Positions 27,500 through 36,778 of a stretch of 64,000 bases of DNA are shown one piece after another; position 1 is the stretch's first letter, and each line of letters starts with the position of its first letter. The notes below the pieces were generated by a model. That model was not told the DNA's origin. It saw only the letters and a list, made by a program, of their open reading frames with translations, and did no database searches. This DNA is from Deltaproteobacteria bacterium (GTDB lineage Bacteria; Myxococcota_A; Polyangia; Fen-1088), in NCBI GenBank assembly GCA_033763315.1, contig JANRKS010000002.1, positions 288,001 to 352,000 of the forward strand, given 5' to 3'. A program made the translations under genes and the position numbers.

Positions 27500-28224
27500 A
27501 TGCCTGCGGCGGAGGCCACGTTCCAGAACAAGCTGGGGATGTCGCCAAAACGATCCACCACAGGATGCTTCGGAAACTTCAACATGAAGCGCTCGCGCGA
27601 GAAGGTGCCGGCCACGCCGATGAAGCGCAGGTTTTCAACTTCGGCGATGTCGCCATCGTGAAGCGAATCGCCCACGAACATCAAATCCTCGCGAGCCACA
27701 CCAAAGTGTTTCATCGCCAGTTCCACGTGCGCCTTGCCTTTGGCCAAGCCATTGCCGTAGCCCAAGGCCAAGTCAAATGGGAACGGGTTGTGCTTGATGA
27801 AGGTGTTAACGTTTTCGGTGCCGTTGTTTGACGAAACCACCACGCGAACACCGCGTGAGCGCATTTCTTCCAGGGCCAAGCGCGTGTCGGCGGACAGCTT
27901 GGCGGTGCTGCAGCGGGCGGGCTTGGCAGCCTCGAACCGATCGGACGCCGCTTGGTTGCGGGCGTCGCCTGGGCAAATCACGTCCAGCTGGCGGATGAAG
28001 GGAAGGCCACATGTGGCGAGGTACATGTCCCGGGCCAGGCCACGGTCCATCCCGTACATCTCTTCAAGCACCTCGGTGGCCAAGTCGGCCAAAACCGGCA
28101 TCGTGTCGATGAGCGTTCCATCCAGGTCGCAAAGGATGACCTTGGGAGCCGCAAGGCGAGGCGAAACCGCGCGGGACACCCGGCGAGGCGTGGAGCTGAA
28201 AGCGGCAGGAACCTGGATGTCCAT
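27496..28224 (-). CDS. HAD-superfamily phosphatase
   Basis: DLDGTLID, SSN, K, GDSLHD motifs. Confidence 0.88.
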   Translation of the reverse strand: MDIQVPAAFSSTPRRVSRAVSPRLAAPKVILCDLDGTLIDTMPVLADLATEVLEEMYGMDRGLARDMYLATCGLPFIRQLDVICPGDARNQAASDRFEAAKPARCSTAKLSADTRLALEEMRSRGVRVVVSSNNGTENVNTFIKHNPFPFDLALGYGNGLAKGKAHVELAMKHFGVAREDLMFVGDSLHDGDIAEVENLRFIGVAGTFSRERFMLKFPKHPVVDRFGDIPSLFWNVASAAGM

Positions 28225-28240
28225 GTTGGGGTAGCCCTAA

Positions 28241-28256
28241 AGCAAGGCCCGATCCA
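28241..28256 (-). promoter_or_regulatory. Putative sigma54 promoter of the HAD/NTP-transferase operon
   Basis: TGGATCGGGCCTTGCT, which fits GG-N10-GC. Confidence 0.65.
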
Positions 28257-28385
28257 TATGCCCCAGGTAGAGATAAGTGTCTAAAAAGACATCAATTTGC
28301 CACAATCACACGTGGCAGAAAGGCTTACAGGTGGTGAACTTTCACCATCTCAAGTGTTCAAAACCAAACGCCGATGTGCCCGGGC

Positions 28386-28700
28386 ATGGACGAACAGGTG
28401 CGGCAGCAGGCGAAAGCAAAGCTTGGTGGGTTGATTGCCAAGGTGCTTGAAGACGGCGTGATTGACGCCGGTGAACGCGAATCCCTTCAAGGTTTTTTTC
28501 GGGACGCGCTCTTAACGGTCAGTGATGTGAAGGCCGTCTATTTGGACTCCGTTGGAGCCCTCCAGGCCGAAGTTTTGGCCGACGGCGTGGTCACGGCCGA
28601 GGAAGCCCGGCGCTGCAAGTTGGTGGTGGAACAGTTGCGCATCCCCCTGCGCATGTTGCCGCCCGAGATGGTTGCCATCGTCACGGGTCAAAAACCGTAG
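28386..28700 (+). CDS. Small TerB-like helical protein
   Basis: Internal duplication DGVIDAGE / DGVVTAEE. Confidence 0.6.
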   Translation: MDEQVRQQAKAKLGGLIAKVLEDGVIDAGERESLQGFFRDALLTVSDVKAVYLDSVGALQAEVLADGVVTAEEARRCKLVVEQLRIPLRMLPPEMVAIVTGQKP

Positions 28701-28712
28701 CGGCAGGCGGCC

Positions 28713-29405
28713 TCAGTGTGGCCGGGCCGGGCCTTGGGGCGTGGGCCCATTTCGGGCGTCATAGCCCTTCGGGTCCCAGGTGCGCGCGACGAGCTCGGAG
28801 TGCATGAGCAGGATCTGGCCGGACACCAGGCAGAACGCCGTGCAGACAATGAACACCTGAACGCGAGCCAAGGTGGGGTACCGGCTTTTCAAGAACGAGC
28901 GCAGCGGCGCCTTCCAAAGCGCCAACAGCATCACGGGCAGAAAGTACAACGTCTCAACCAAAGAGACTTGAATCCCGCGCCAAGACAAAAACGCGATGCC
29001 CGACGGCGCCACAGGGATGGGCCGCAACGGCATGACGATGCGTTCGTCGAACAGCGGCCACAACAAGTGGATGCCTCGGCTGTCCGTGGTGGAGGCGTCG
29101 AGCAGCCCATGGCTGGCCACGGTGAGGAAGGTCAGCACGGTCACGCGGATGGGGTTGCGGCCTTTGCGGAATAGGAAGTAAGCCACCGCCGAAACCAGCG
29201 CCGCGAATAACCACGTGTGGGAGATCCCGCGGTGACCGCAGAGCCCCTTGTCGTGAACGCCGAAGGCCAACGGTACGATATCCAGATCCGGCAGCAGAGA
29301 CAGACCTGCATAGGCCGACATCGTGGCCATCAGATCTTTACCGTTGCGGGCGCCGTGCAGTCTGCCCGCCAGCATTCCAACGGCAACGTGCCCGATGCTG
29401 GCCAT
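28713..29405 (-). CDS. YdjM-family membrane metal-dependent hydrolase
   Basis: MASIGH, LPDLD, GHRGISH, SHGLLD. Confidence 0.88.
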   Translation of the reverse strand: MASIGHVAVGMLAGRLHGARNGKDLMATMSAYAGLSLLPDLDIVPLAFGVHDKGLCGHRGISHTWLFAALVSAVAYFLFRKGRNPIRVTVLTFLTVASHGLLDASTTDSRGIHLLWPLFDERIVMPLRPIPVAPSGIAFLSWRGIQVSLVETLYFLPVMLLALWKAPLRSFLKSRYPTLARVQVFIVCTAFCLVSGQILLMHSELVARTWDPKGYDARNGPTPQGPARPH

Positions 29406-29529
29406 ATATTAAAGCTAGCAAGGTTACCTTCAGTTCACCTGTTGAAAATTCACCACGCGAGCGCCAGCCCTATGACGGTGGTTCATTTCGCGGCTCGTCG
29501 AAACTCTGCTACGCTCGGCGGCTTCGCGC

Positions 29530-32013
29530 GTGCCACCTTCGCTGCAAATACATCCCGTTGCCAAGCGCTACGCCGCTTGGGTCAGTCGCCACCCCTTTGC
29601 GATCCTTGGTGTGGCCTTTTTGGCTTTCGTTTTGGGCGTCGTGCTGGTGTCACGACTTGAACTGAAAACGGCCTTTCACGAGCTGTTGCCCAGCAAAGAT
29701 CCGGGCGTCATGGCTCTGTTGCGATCGCAGAAGCGCACGGGCGATCTCAGCCTTCTCGCGATCGGCATTCGCTCGCCGGACAAAGACGCCAACCTTAAGT
29801 ACGCCGAAGCGTTAACGTCCAAGTTGCGCAAGCTGCCCATTGATATCTCGGAGCTAGCGACCTACAACGTCTTAGATCTGAAGGCGTTCTTTGAAGCCAA
29901 CCAATGGCTGTATTTGAAGACCGACGATCTCGAAGAGATTCGCGATCGCTTGCGCAAAGAGATCACGAAGAAAAAGAACCCGCTGCTCATTGATTTGAGC
30001 GATCCCGAAGAAGACGCGGCCGAGGAGAAGGCGTTAAAGGCGCGCATTGAAAGCGAGCGCGGCTCGTTGTCGGATCGCTTTCCTGGCGGTTACTTCATGA
30101 GCGAAGATGGCAAATACGTCTGGGTCGTGGCTTTGCCTCCAGGCGGTATGTTCGTGGAGCGCGCGGGGGAGGCGTTGCTGGCCGAGACCAAGGGCATCAT
30201 CGCGGCGATGGACCCCAAGGGGTTTCACCCGCAAATGACGGTCGAGCCTGGTGGCCCCATCGTCACGGCCATCGCCAGCCGTCGCGCCGTGGAGCGCGAC
30301 ATCGTGTGGGTCACCGTTACCTGTTTGGTGGTGGTGGCGATTTCCATCGGTGTTTACTTCCGCAGCCTGCGGAGCGCGCCTCTCATCGGCGTGCCGGCGG
30401 TGCTTGGCACTGTGTTGGCCTTTGGCGTGGCTGAATTGGCGTTCGGGTATCTGAACGCGTCCACGGCATTTTTGGGCTCGATCATATTGGGCAATGGCAT
30501 CAATTACGGGATCATCTTGCTGTCCCGCTACGAAGAAGAACGAGCACACGGTCATTCGCACATCGACGCCTTGGCGGCCAGTTTGGCCGGTGTCTTGAAG
30601 GGAACCTTGACCGCGGCCGTGTGCGCCTCGGCGGCGTACCTTAGCCTCGTGCTCACCAGCTTCCGCGGGTTCTCGCAGTTTGGTGTGATGGGTGCATCGG
30701 GGGTTCTGTTTTGTTGGTCGTGCACATTCTTGGTTCTGCCGGCGTTGTTGGTGTTGGTGGACCGCTGGTCGCCACGCACGCTTTCACACCGTGCGCCTTG
30801 GTCGATGCAACCCGTGGGGCGTGCGTTGAGCCGATGGGCGACGCCGTTGTTGGTGATTTCGGTGGTGGTAACGGTGATTGGTGCCTGGGGCGCCACACAC
30901 TTCTTGAATGCGCCCTTCGAATACAACTTCCGCAAGTTGGCGGCGAACATCGATCAAACGCAGAACCAAAAAGAGTTCTCTAGCAGCCTCGATAAGTTGT
31001 TTGGTCGGTGGCCCCAGCCCACCATCGTGCTCGCGGATGAGCTGAACGAGGTTGAGCCGATTCGCAAATCGCTGTGGGCACAAGATAAGGCCCGCCACGC
31101 TGACAAACCCCTCATCGGACAAGTCGTCACGATCTACGACATGTTGCCCGGTACACCCGAGGTTCAGGCTGAAAAGCTTGAGCTCATCAATCACATTCGC
31201 CGGCTCGCGCACGATCCCGCGCTTGAGGTGCTGACTGACGAAGAGCGCAAGAAGCTGGGTGTGGTGGATCCACCCGAGGGGCTGAAAGTTTTGGAGCCCA
31301 CGGATTTGCCACCTTTGGCCCAACGCCCCTTCCGAGAGGCCGATGGAACCGTCGGCAAAGTTGTGCTGTTTTATCCCGTCGAAAAAGGCTTCTCGGTATG
31401 GAACGGCCGCGATCTACTGGAGATGGCCGCCATCACGCAGCAGATCCACGTCAAACTAGCGGATGGCAGCACCAAGGTCATTGAAACGGCTGGCCACGCG
31501 GTTGTGTTTGGCGCGATGATTCGATCGATCCTGAAAGACGGCCCCATCGCCACCGGCGTTTCGCTGTTGGCGGTGATTGTGCTGGCCTTGTTGATCATGC
31601 GCCCCTGGTGGGCCGCGGGCGCTTCCGTGCTGTCGCTGCTTTTGGGGGTGTTGTGGATGTTGGGCGCGGCAGGGTGGGGGGGCGTGGCGATCACGTTCTT
31701 GAACTTCATTGCGCTGCCGATCACGTTTGGCATTGGCGCCGAATATGCGTTGAACGTGATGGCGCGCTACCGCGATGATCACGACGTGATCGCCGCTGTT
31801 GTTTCAACTGGCGGCGCCGTAACGTTGTGTTCGTGGACCACGATCGTGGGCTATGGCTCACTGTTGGCCGCGCGCAACGAAGCTTTGCGCGGGTTTGGTG
31901 CCATGGCCATTCTTGGTGAAGTGGCTTGTTTGTTGGCCGCAATCGTCGCGTTGCCGTCGCTGTTCGTGGTGTTGTCGCGTCGGCGCAAGACGCCCGCCGC
32001 GCCGCTGCACTAG
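29530..32013 (+). CDS. MMPL/RND-family exporter
   Basis: Two repeats of 1+5 TM helices with periplasmic loops; GNGINYGI and GIGAEYA. Confidence 0.9.
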   Translation: MPPSLQIHPVAKRYAAWVSRHPFAILGVAFLAFVLGVVLVSRLELKTAFHELLPSKDPGVMALLRSQKRTGDLSLLAIGIRSPDKDANLKYAEALTSKLRKLPIDISELATYNVLDLKAFFEANQWLYLKTDDLEEIRDRLRKEITKKKNPLLIDLSDPEEDAAEEKALKARIESERGSLSDRFPGGYFMSEDGKYVWVVALPPGGMFVERAGEALLAETKGIIAAMDPKGFHPQMTVEPGGPIVTAIASRRAVERDIVWVTVTCLVVVAISIGVYFRSLRSAPLIGVPAVLGTVLAFGVAELAFGYLNASTAFLGSIILGNGINYGIILLSRYEEERAHGHSHIDALAASLAGVLKGTLTAAVCASAAYLSLVLTSFRGFSQFGVMGASGVLFCWSCTFLVLPALLVLVDRWSPRTLSHRAPWSMQPVGRALSRWATPLLVISVVVTVIGAWGATHFLNAPFEYNFRKLAANIDQTQNQKEFSSSLDKLFGRWPQPTIVLADELNEVEPIRKSLWAQDKARHADKPLIGQVVTIYDMLPGTPEVQAEKLELINHIRRLAHDPALEVLTDEERKKLGVVDPPEGLKVLEPTDLPPLAQRPFREADGTVGKVVLFYPVEKGFSVWNGRDLLEMAAITQQIHVKLADGSTKVIETAGHAVVFGAMIRSILKDGPIATGVSLLAVIVLALLIMRPWWAAGASVLSLLLGVLWMLGAAGWGGVAITFLNFIALPITFGIGAEYALNVMARYRDDHDVIAAVVSTGGAVTLCSWTTIVGYGSLLAARNEALRGFGAMAILGEVACLLAAIVALPSLFVVLSRRRKTPAAPLH

Positions 32014-32954
32014 CTGTGGCTGTCTAAGTCACCGACGATCGCACGCAGCGAGCCGCGGTGTTGCACGAGCAACTCTTTGGCCTTCAAAGCGTTGACGTGT
32101 GCGTGGTGCATCACCAGGGCGACCTTGGCGCGGCCACCAGCTTTTTTGATCAGCGCCAGCGCGTCCGCTTCGGGCAGGCCGGTGAGGCGTTGGACGATGC
32201 GTGTGGCGCGTGCCCACAGTTTGGTATTGGTGGGGCGCACGTCGACCATGAGGCCGCCATACGTTTTCCCCAGCAACACAAACGCTGTGGTGGAGAGGGC
32301 ATTCAAAGTCACCTTCGTGGCCGTGCCTGCCTTTAACCGCGTTGACCCCGAGATCACCTCGGGACCCGTGGCCAACTCGATCACGACGTCGGCGATCGGT
32401 GTGCCGTCATCATAGGTAACCGTGCGGCCGCACGTGATGAAGATGGTGGCTGCGCGGCGGCCGTGCGCGTATTCCAACGCTGAGCGCACGAATGGCGTCA
32501 CGCCTGAAGCCGCGATGCAGATGACCACGTCCTTGGGGCCGACGCCGATGCGTTTGCAACGCTGTTCGGCTTCGCGCGTGTCGTCTTCTGCGCCTTCAAC
32601 GGATTTCACGAGCGCGCGGCTGCCGCCTGCCACAATCGCCTCCACCAACGATGGCGGAATGCCAAAGGTGGGCACGCACTCGGCGGCGTCGAGGTTGCCC
32701 AGCCGGCCCGACGTGCCCGCGCCGACATAGATCATGCGGCCGCCTTTGGCGAGCGTATCTGCAATAAGCCGCGCGCCCTTGGCTACCAGTTCAGATCGCG
32801 CTTTGACGGCTTTGATCGCGTTGGACTCTTCGTCCAACATCAATTTCACCACGTCATCGGGCGGCAGTGTGTCGAGAAATTCCGAACGAGGGTTGTCGGC
32901 CTCGGTGGGCAAGGCCGCGTAATCGGGCAGGGCTTCTTTGCGACGACGAGCCAT
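32010..32954 (-). CDS. murQ: N-acetylmuramic acid 6-phosphate etherase
   Basis: GAGTSGRLG.LDAAEC.PTF, EGAED, GPEVISGSTRLKAGTA. Confidence 0.95.
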   Translation of the reverse strand: MARRRKEALPDYAALPTEADNPRSEFLDTLPPDDVVKLMLDEESNAIKAVKARSELVAKGARLIADTLAKGGRMIYVGAGTSGRLGNLDAAECVPTFGIPPSLVEAIVAGGSRALVKSVEGAEDDTREAEQRCKRIGVGPKDVVICIAASGVTPFVRSALEYAHGRRAATIFITCGRTVTYDDGTPIADVVIELATGPEVISGSTRLKAGTATKVTLNALSTTAFVLLGKTYGGLMVDVRPTNTKLWARATRIVQRLTGLPEADALALIKKAGGRAKVALVMHHAHVNALKAKELLVQHRGSLRAIVGDLDSHS

Positions 32955-32963
32955 GGCTGGCCG

Positions 32964-33767
32964 CTACTTCAAGCCCAGCACATCGCGCATGTCGTAAATG
33001 CTAGCCTTGCGTCCCGCCAACCACTGCGCCGCACGCACGGCGCCTCGCGCGAAAGCATCGCGCGAAGAGGCGCGGTGGGTGATCTCGATGCGCTCTTCGG
33101 GCCCGAAGAAAAACACCGTGTGATCGCCCACAACGTCGCCGCCGCGCAAGGTTTGAATGCCGATCTCGCCTGCGGGGCGTGGGCCAATGTCGCCGTGGCG
33201 GCTATAGCAGGCCACGTCTTTTAAGGGCACACCGCGGCCTTCAGCCGCCGCCTCGGCCAAACGCAAAGCTGTTCCTGAGGGCGCGTCGCGCTTCATCTTG
33301 TGATGCGCTTCCACGATGTCGATGTCGTACGCCTCGCCGAGTGACCGCGTGGCATCCGCGACAAGCTTAAGCAACACGTTCACGCCCACAGACATGTTCG
33401 GGGCCAGCACCACAGGGCACGCTTGCGCGAGCCCGGCGATCTCTTGCTTTTGTTCATCGTTGAGGCCCGTGGTGCCAATCACGATGCCAGCGCCTGCCGC
33501 GGCGGCCGCTTTCACATTGCCAATCGTTGCGGTGGGCAGTGTGAAGTCTATCCAAACGTCGGTTGTGCCCGGCGCGGGCGCTTCCGTGGTGACAAGCACG
33601 CCTGTGGGCGCCAAGCCAGCCAAAGCGCCGGCGTCTTGCCCGGCTTGTGGTGAGCCAACGCGTTCAACCGCGGCCGCCAGACGAGCGTTCGGCGTTTCAC
33701 TGATGATGCGAATGATGGCGCGGCCCATGCGGCCCGAGGCGCCCAGAACGGCAATTCGTGTGGTCAT
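32964..33767 (-). CDS. dapB: 4-hydroxy-tetrahydrodipicolinate reductase
   Basis: GASGRMG, GTTG, NMSVGV, EAHHKMKRDAPSGTA. Confidence 0.97.
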   Translation of the reverse strand: MTTRIAVLGASGRMGRAIIRIISETPNARLAAAVERVGSPQAGQDAGALAGLAPTGVLVTTEAPAPGTTDVWIDFTLPTATIGNVKAAAAAGAGIVIGTTGLNDEQKQEIAGLAQACPVVLAPNMSVGVNVLLKLVADATRSLGEAYDIDIVEAHHKMKRDAPSGTALRLAEAAAEGRGVPLKDVACYSRHGDIGPRPAGEIGIQTLRGGDVVGDHTVFFFGPEERIEITHRASSRDAFARGAVRAAQWLAGRKASIYDMRDVLGLK

Positions 33768-33780
33768 GGCAGTGACACGC

Positions 33781-34653
33781 TTAGAGCAGTTCGAGATCCG
33801 CCAGTTGGTGCTTGAGCTTGTCGCGGAACTTTTGCGACAAGGGATACAGCGGCGGGCGAATTTCTTCAGAGATGCGGCCCATCATGGCCAAGGCGGCTTT
33901 GACGGGGATCGGGTTCGATTCAACGAACAGACCCTGCGCGATGCCAAACAACTTGTAGTGCAGATCGCGGGCTGTGTTCCATTCACCAGCGGCCGCTGCG
34001 TCCCACATGGCGGACATCAGGCGCGGCGCCACGTTTGATACCACCGAGATGCAGCCCTTGGCGCCGAGCGCGTACAAAGCGAACGACGTGGCGTCGTCAC
34101 CGGAAAGCACAGTCAGACGATCGCCCGTGCGCGCGATGATTTCGGCAGCACGCGTGGCTGAACCTGTGGCTTCTTTCACAGCGACCACTTGCTTGATCGC
34201 GCACAAACGCTCCAACGTTTCGGGCAGCAGATCGCACGCGGTGCGGCCTGGAACGTTATAGACCACGGTGGGCAACGGCACGGCCTCGATGATGGCCTTG
34301 AAGTGATTGAACAAGCCGTCTTGCGTGGGCTTGTTGTAGTATGGCGTCACTTGCAGCATGCCGTCGGCCCCAGCGGACTTGGCCGCCTTTGACAGCGAGA
34401 TGGCTTCCTTCGTTGAGTTGGCGCCGGTGCCGGCGATGACGGGCACGCGTTTGGCGGTTTCCTCCACCACGATCTTGATGACGCGCAGGTGCTCGTCGAC
34501 ATCAAGGGTGGCCGACTCGCCCGTGGTGCCACAGGGAACAAGACCATCGATGCCGTTCGCGATCTGGTCGTTAACAAGGCGGCGCAAAGCCTCCTCGTCC
34601 ACGCGATCGTTGCGGAACGGCGTTACCAGTGCGGTGATGACTCCGGAAAACAT
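33781..34653 (-). CDS. dapA: 4-hydroxy-tetrahydrodipicolinate synthase
   Basis: GTTGES, PYYNKP, YNVPGRT, KEATG, SNPIPVK. Confidence 0.97.
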   Translation of the reverse strand: MFSGVITALVTPFRNDRVDEEALRRLVNDQIANGIDGLVPCGTTGESATLDVDEHLRVIKIVVEETAKRVPVIAGTGANSTKEAISLSKAAKSAGADGMLQVTPYYNKPTQDGLFNHFKAIIEAVPLPTVVYNVPGRTACDLLPETLERLCAIKQVVAVKEATGSATRAAEIIARTGDRLTVLSGDDATSFALYALGAKGCISVVSNVAPRLMSAMWDAAAAGEWNTARDLHYKLFGIAQGLFVESNPIPVKAALAMMGRISEEIRPPLYPLSQKFRDKLKHQLADLELL

Positions 34654-34710
34654 AGGGGCGGGACAGTACCACTTCGCGCGGGCAAATCCCAGCGCAACTG
34701 GCGATGGCCC

Positions 34711-35220
34711 TTAAGCCGAAGGCAAAGCGGACCGCGCCATAGGAATGAAGGCGCCATCCCTCACGATGCCGCAGGCGGCGATCGCGGAATGCAAGCCCGG
34801 TGCGGCCACGGCAATGCGGCCAGACGAAGCCGACACGGTTAGCTGACGACGCACGGTTTCGATGCCGTCCGGACCTTTGACCACAAGCATCACCTCCAGC
34901 ACCGGCGGGGAGGGCGTGGGCGGCAGCGCCCAGGCGACGATCGCGGCGCTCTCGCCGTCGGCGTCTTGTCCTGTCACCACCAGCACGCCCGGGGCTCCCG
35001 GCAAGGGCACTTCGTGTGGCAACGTGGGCCCGCCGTCTTCTTCATCCCAAGCGTCTTCCAACTCCGCGAGTTTCGCGGCCCACCGCCCTGCGGCCGCGTG
35101 ACCGGGATGGCCCTGCAACAAATTTTTAAAAATGGCGATGGCCGCGCCGAAACGGCCTTGCCGGGCACAAAGCTCGGCCATGGTTTCGGTCTCAAACGGC
35201 TCGGCGGCTTTGCTTGGCAT
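34711..35220 (-). CDS. Hypothetical protein with an N-terminal TPR-like motif
   Basis: TMAELCARQGRFGAAIAIFKNLL; lies in the ribF-dapA run. Confidence 0.6.
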   Translation of the reverse strand: MPSKAAEPFETETMAELCARQGRFGAAIAIFKNLLQGHPGHAAAGRWAAKLAELEDAWDEEDGGPTLPHEVPLPGAPGVLVVTGQDADGESAAIVAWALPPTPSPPVLEVMLVVKGPDGIETVRRQLTVSASSGRIAVAAPGLHSAIAACGIVRDGAFIPMARSALPSA

Positions 35221-35235
35221 CGTCACAAGGCAACG

Positions 35236-36192
35236 TTAGCCGTTTGCCGGCGGCTTGGAAAGCTTCTGCCGCGTTTGCTCGACGTCGTGACCGATGGCAG
35301 CCACCAAAGCCTCGATGCTTTCGAAGCGACGTTCTTCGCGCAAGCGGGACACAAAATCGATGCGCAGTCGTTGGCCGTAAAGGTCTGCGGAAAAATCCAG
35401 CAGGTAGGCTTCGATCGAAAGCGTGCCCGCTTGTGTGAAAGTGGGGTTGGTGCCAACGCTGACGGCGGCCATCACCGCGTGGTGGCCCGCGCCATCGGGC
35501 ACCTGTGCCCACGCCGCGTAGATCCCCGCGCGGGGCAAAAGCTCGGTTTCGGCCGCGATGTTGGCCGTGGGATACCCCAGCTGCCGGCCGCGCTGCGCGC
35601 CTTTGACCACGATGCCTTCGAGCGCAAACGGACGCCCGAGCAACATCGCGGCGCCCTCAACGCGCCCCTCTAAGACAAATTCTCGAATTTTCGTCGAAGA
35701 GCAGACGAGGCCGTCAACGCCCACGGCCGCGACCACATCGACGGCGATGCCCACTTGCGCGGCAAGCGTTCTCAGATCGGCCGTGGAACCTTTTCGACCT
35801 TTGCCAAACGCGAAGTCGTAACCCACAACAACCCCCGCCACCTGCAATTTGCGGTGAAGGTAGTCGTGCACAAAGGCTTGCGGTGTGAGCGACGCCAAAG
35901 CTGCATCGAAGGTCTCGACCAACACAAAATGGGCGCCCAGCTCGCCGATCAGATTCAGGCGCCGCTGCAGCGGCATGATCGCCGGCGGCGCCAAGGTGGG
36001 AGCGAAGAAACGCGCGGGATGAGGATCAAACGTCAGCACGCCCCACGGCGCCGATTGAGCCTGAACTTGTGCCTGCGCAAGCAATGCCTGATGACCTAGA
36101 TGCACGCCATCAAAATTCCCGATCGCCAAGACGGATGATTGGTAGCGAGGGGCTGTGGCGGCCCACGTGTGGCTTCCACGGATGATCTGCAT
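35236..36192 (-). CDS. ribF: Bifunctional riboflavin kinase/FAD synthetase
   Basis: IGNFDGVHLGH, TFDPHP, SSTKIR, GYPTAN, GTNPTF, LREERRF. Confidence 0.96.
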   Translation of the reverse strand: MQIIRGSHTWAATAPRYQSSVLAIGNFDGVHLGHQALLAQAQVQAQSAPWGVLTFDPHPARFFAPTLAPPAIMPLQRRLNLIGELGAHFVLVETFDAALASLTPQAFVHDYLHRKLQVAGVVVGYDFAFGKGRKGSTADLRTLAAQVGIAVDVVAAVGVDGLVCSSTKIREFVLEGRVEGAAMLLGRPFALEGIVVKGAQRGRQLGYPTANIAAETELLPRAGIYAAWAQVPDGAGHHAVMAAVSVGTNPTFTQAGTLSIEAYLLDFSADLYGQRLRIDFVSRLREERRFESIEALVAAIGHDVEQTRQKLSKPPANG

Positions 36193-36247
36193 CTGTGGGG
36201 AAATAACGTTTGCCTTGGTGGTCGTCAAGCTGGAGGCCTTTTGCCGC

Positions 36248-36505
36248 TTAGCCGTCAAGGGCCACCCCGGAGCGTGCAAGAACGATCCGTTTGATGGCCA
36301 TGGCTGCCACCACCAAGGCGACCAATAGAGCTCCGCGCACAAGCCGCACTTTGAACACGCGCCGTTTGAGCAGCTCGTAATAGGCAACGGCTTCGTGTTG
36401 CGGAAGTTGCCGCAAGATGAGCTCTTCTTGTTTGACCCGCAGCCGTTCGGAAAGTTCGTTTCCTAAGGCCAAAACAAGCACAACGATCAGCACTGAGCCG
36501 AACAT
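36248..36505 (-). CDS. Small 2-TM protein (pair member B)
   Basis: TM-LRQLPQHEAVAYYE-TM. Confidence 0.6.
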   Translation of the reverse strand: MFGSVLIVVLVLALGNELSERLRVKQEELILRQLPQHEAVAYYELLKRRVFKVRLVRGALLVALVVAAMAIKRIVLARSGVALDG

Positions 36506-36507
36506 GT

Positions 36508-36771
36508 TCAGCGACCTACCGTGGCGGCTGTGTTGTGAGGGGCGGGCAAGATGATGAAAGCGTAGATCGCAAGGCCGGCGGCCACGAGACATACGACCCC
36601 GGTTAGAAGAATCATCGTTCGTTCAGCGCGCTTTCTGTGCCGTTCGTGCTGCGCCATCGCTTGCCTGACAGGCAACGCGCGCAGCTGCGCGAAACGCCGG
36701 CGCTCTTGCCAATATTGGCTGGCCGCATAGGCCGCGGCGGCGGCGGCCAAGAGCAAACGAAGAGGTCGCAT
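36508..36771 (-). CDS. Small 2-TM protein (pair member A)
   Basis: TM-LRALPVRQAMAQHE-TM; starts 7 nt after the kinase stop. Confidence 0.6.
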   Translation of the reverse strand: MRPLRLLLAAAAAAYAASQYWQERRRFAQLRALPVRQAMAQHERHRKRAERTMILLTGVVCLVAAGLAIYAFIILPAPHNTAATVGR

Positions 36772-36778
36772 CGTCTGT

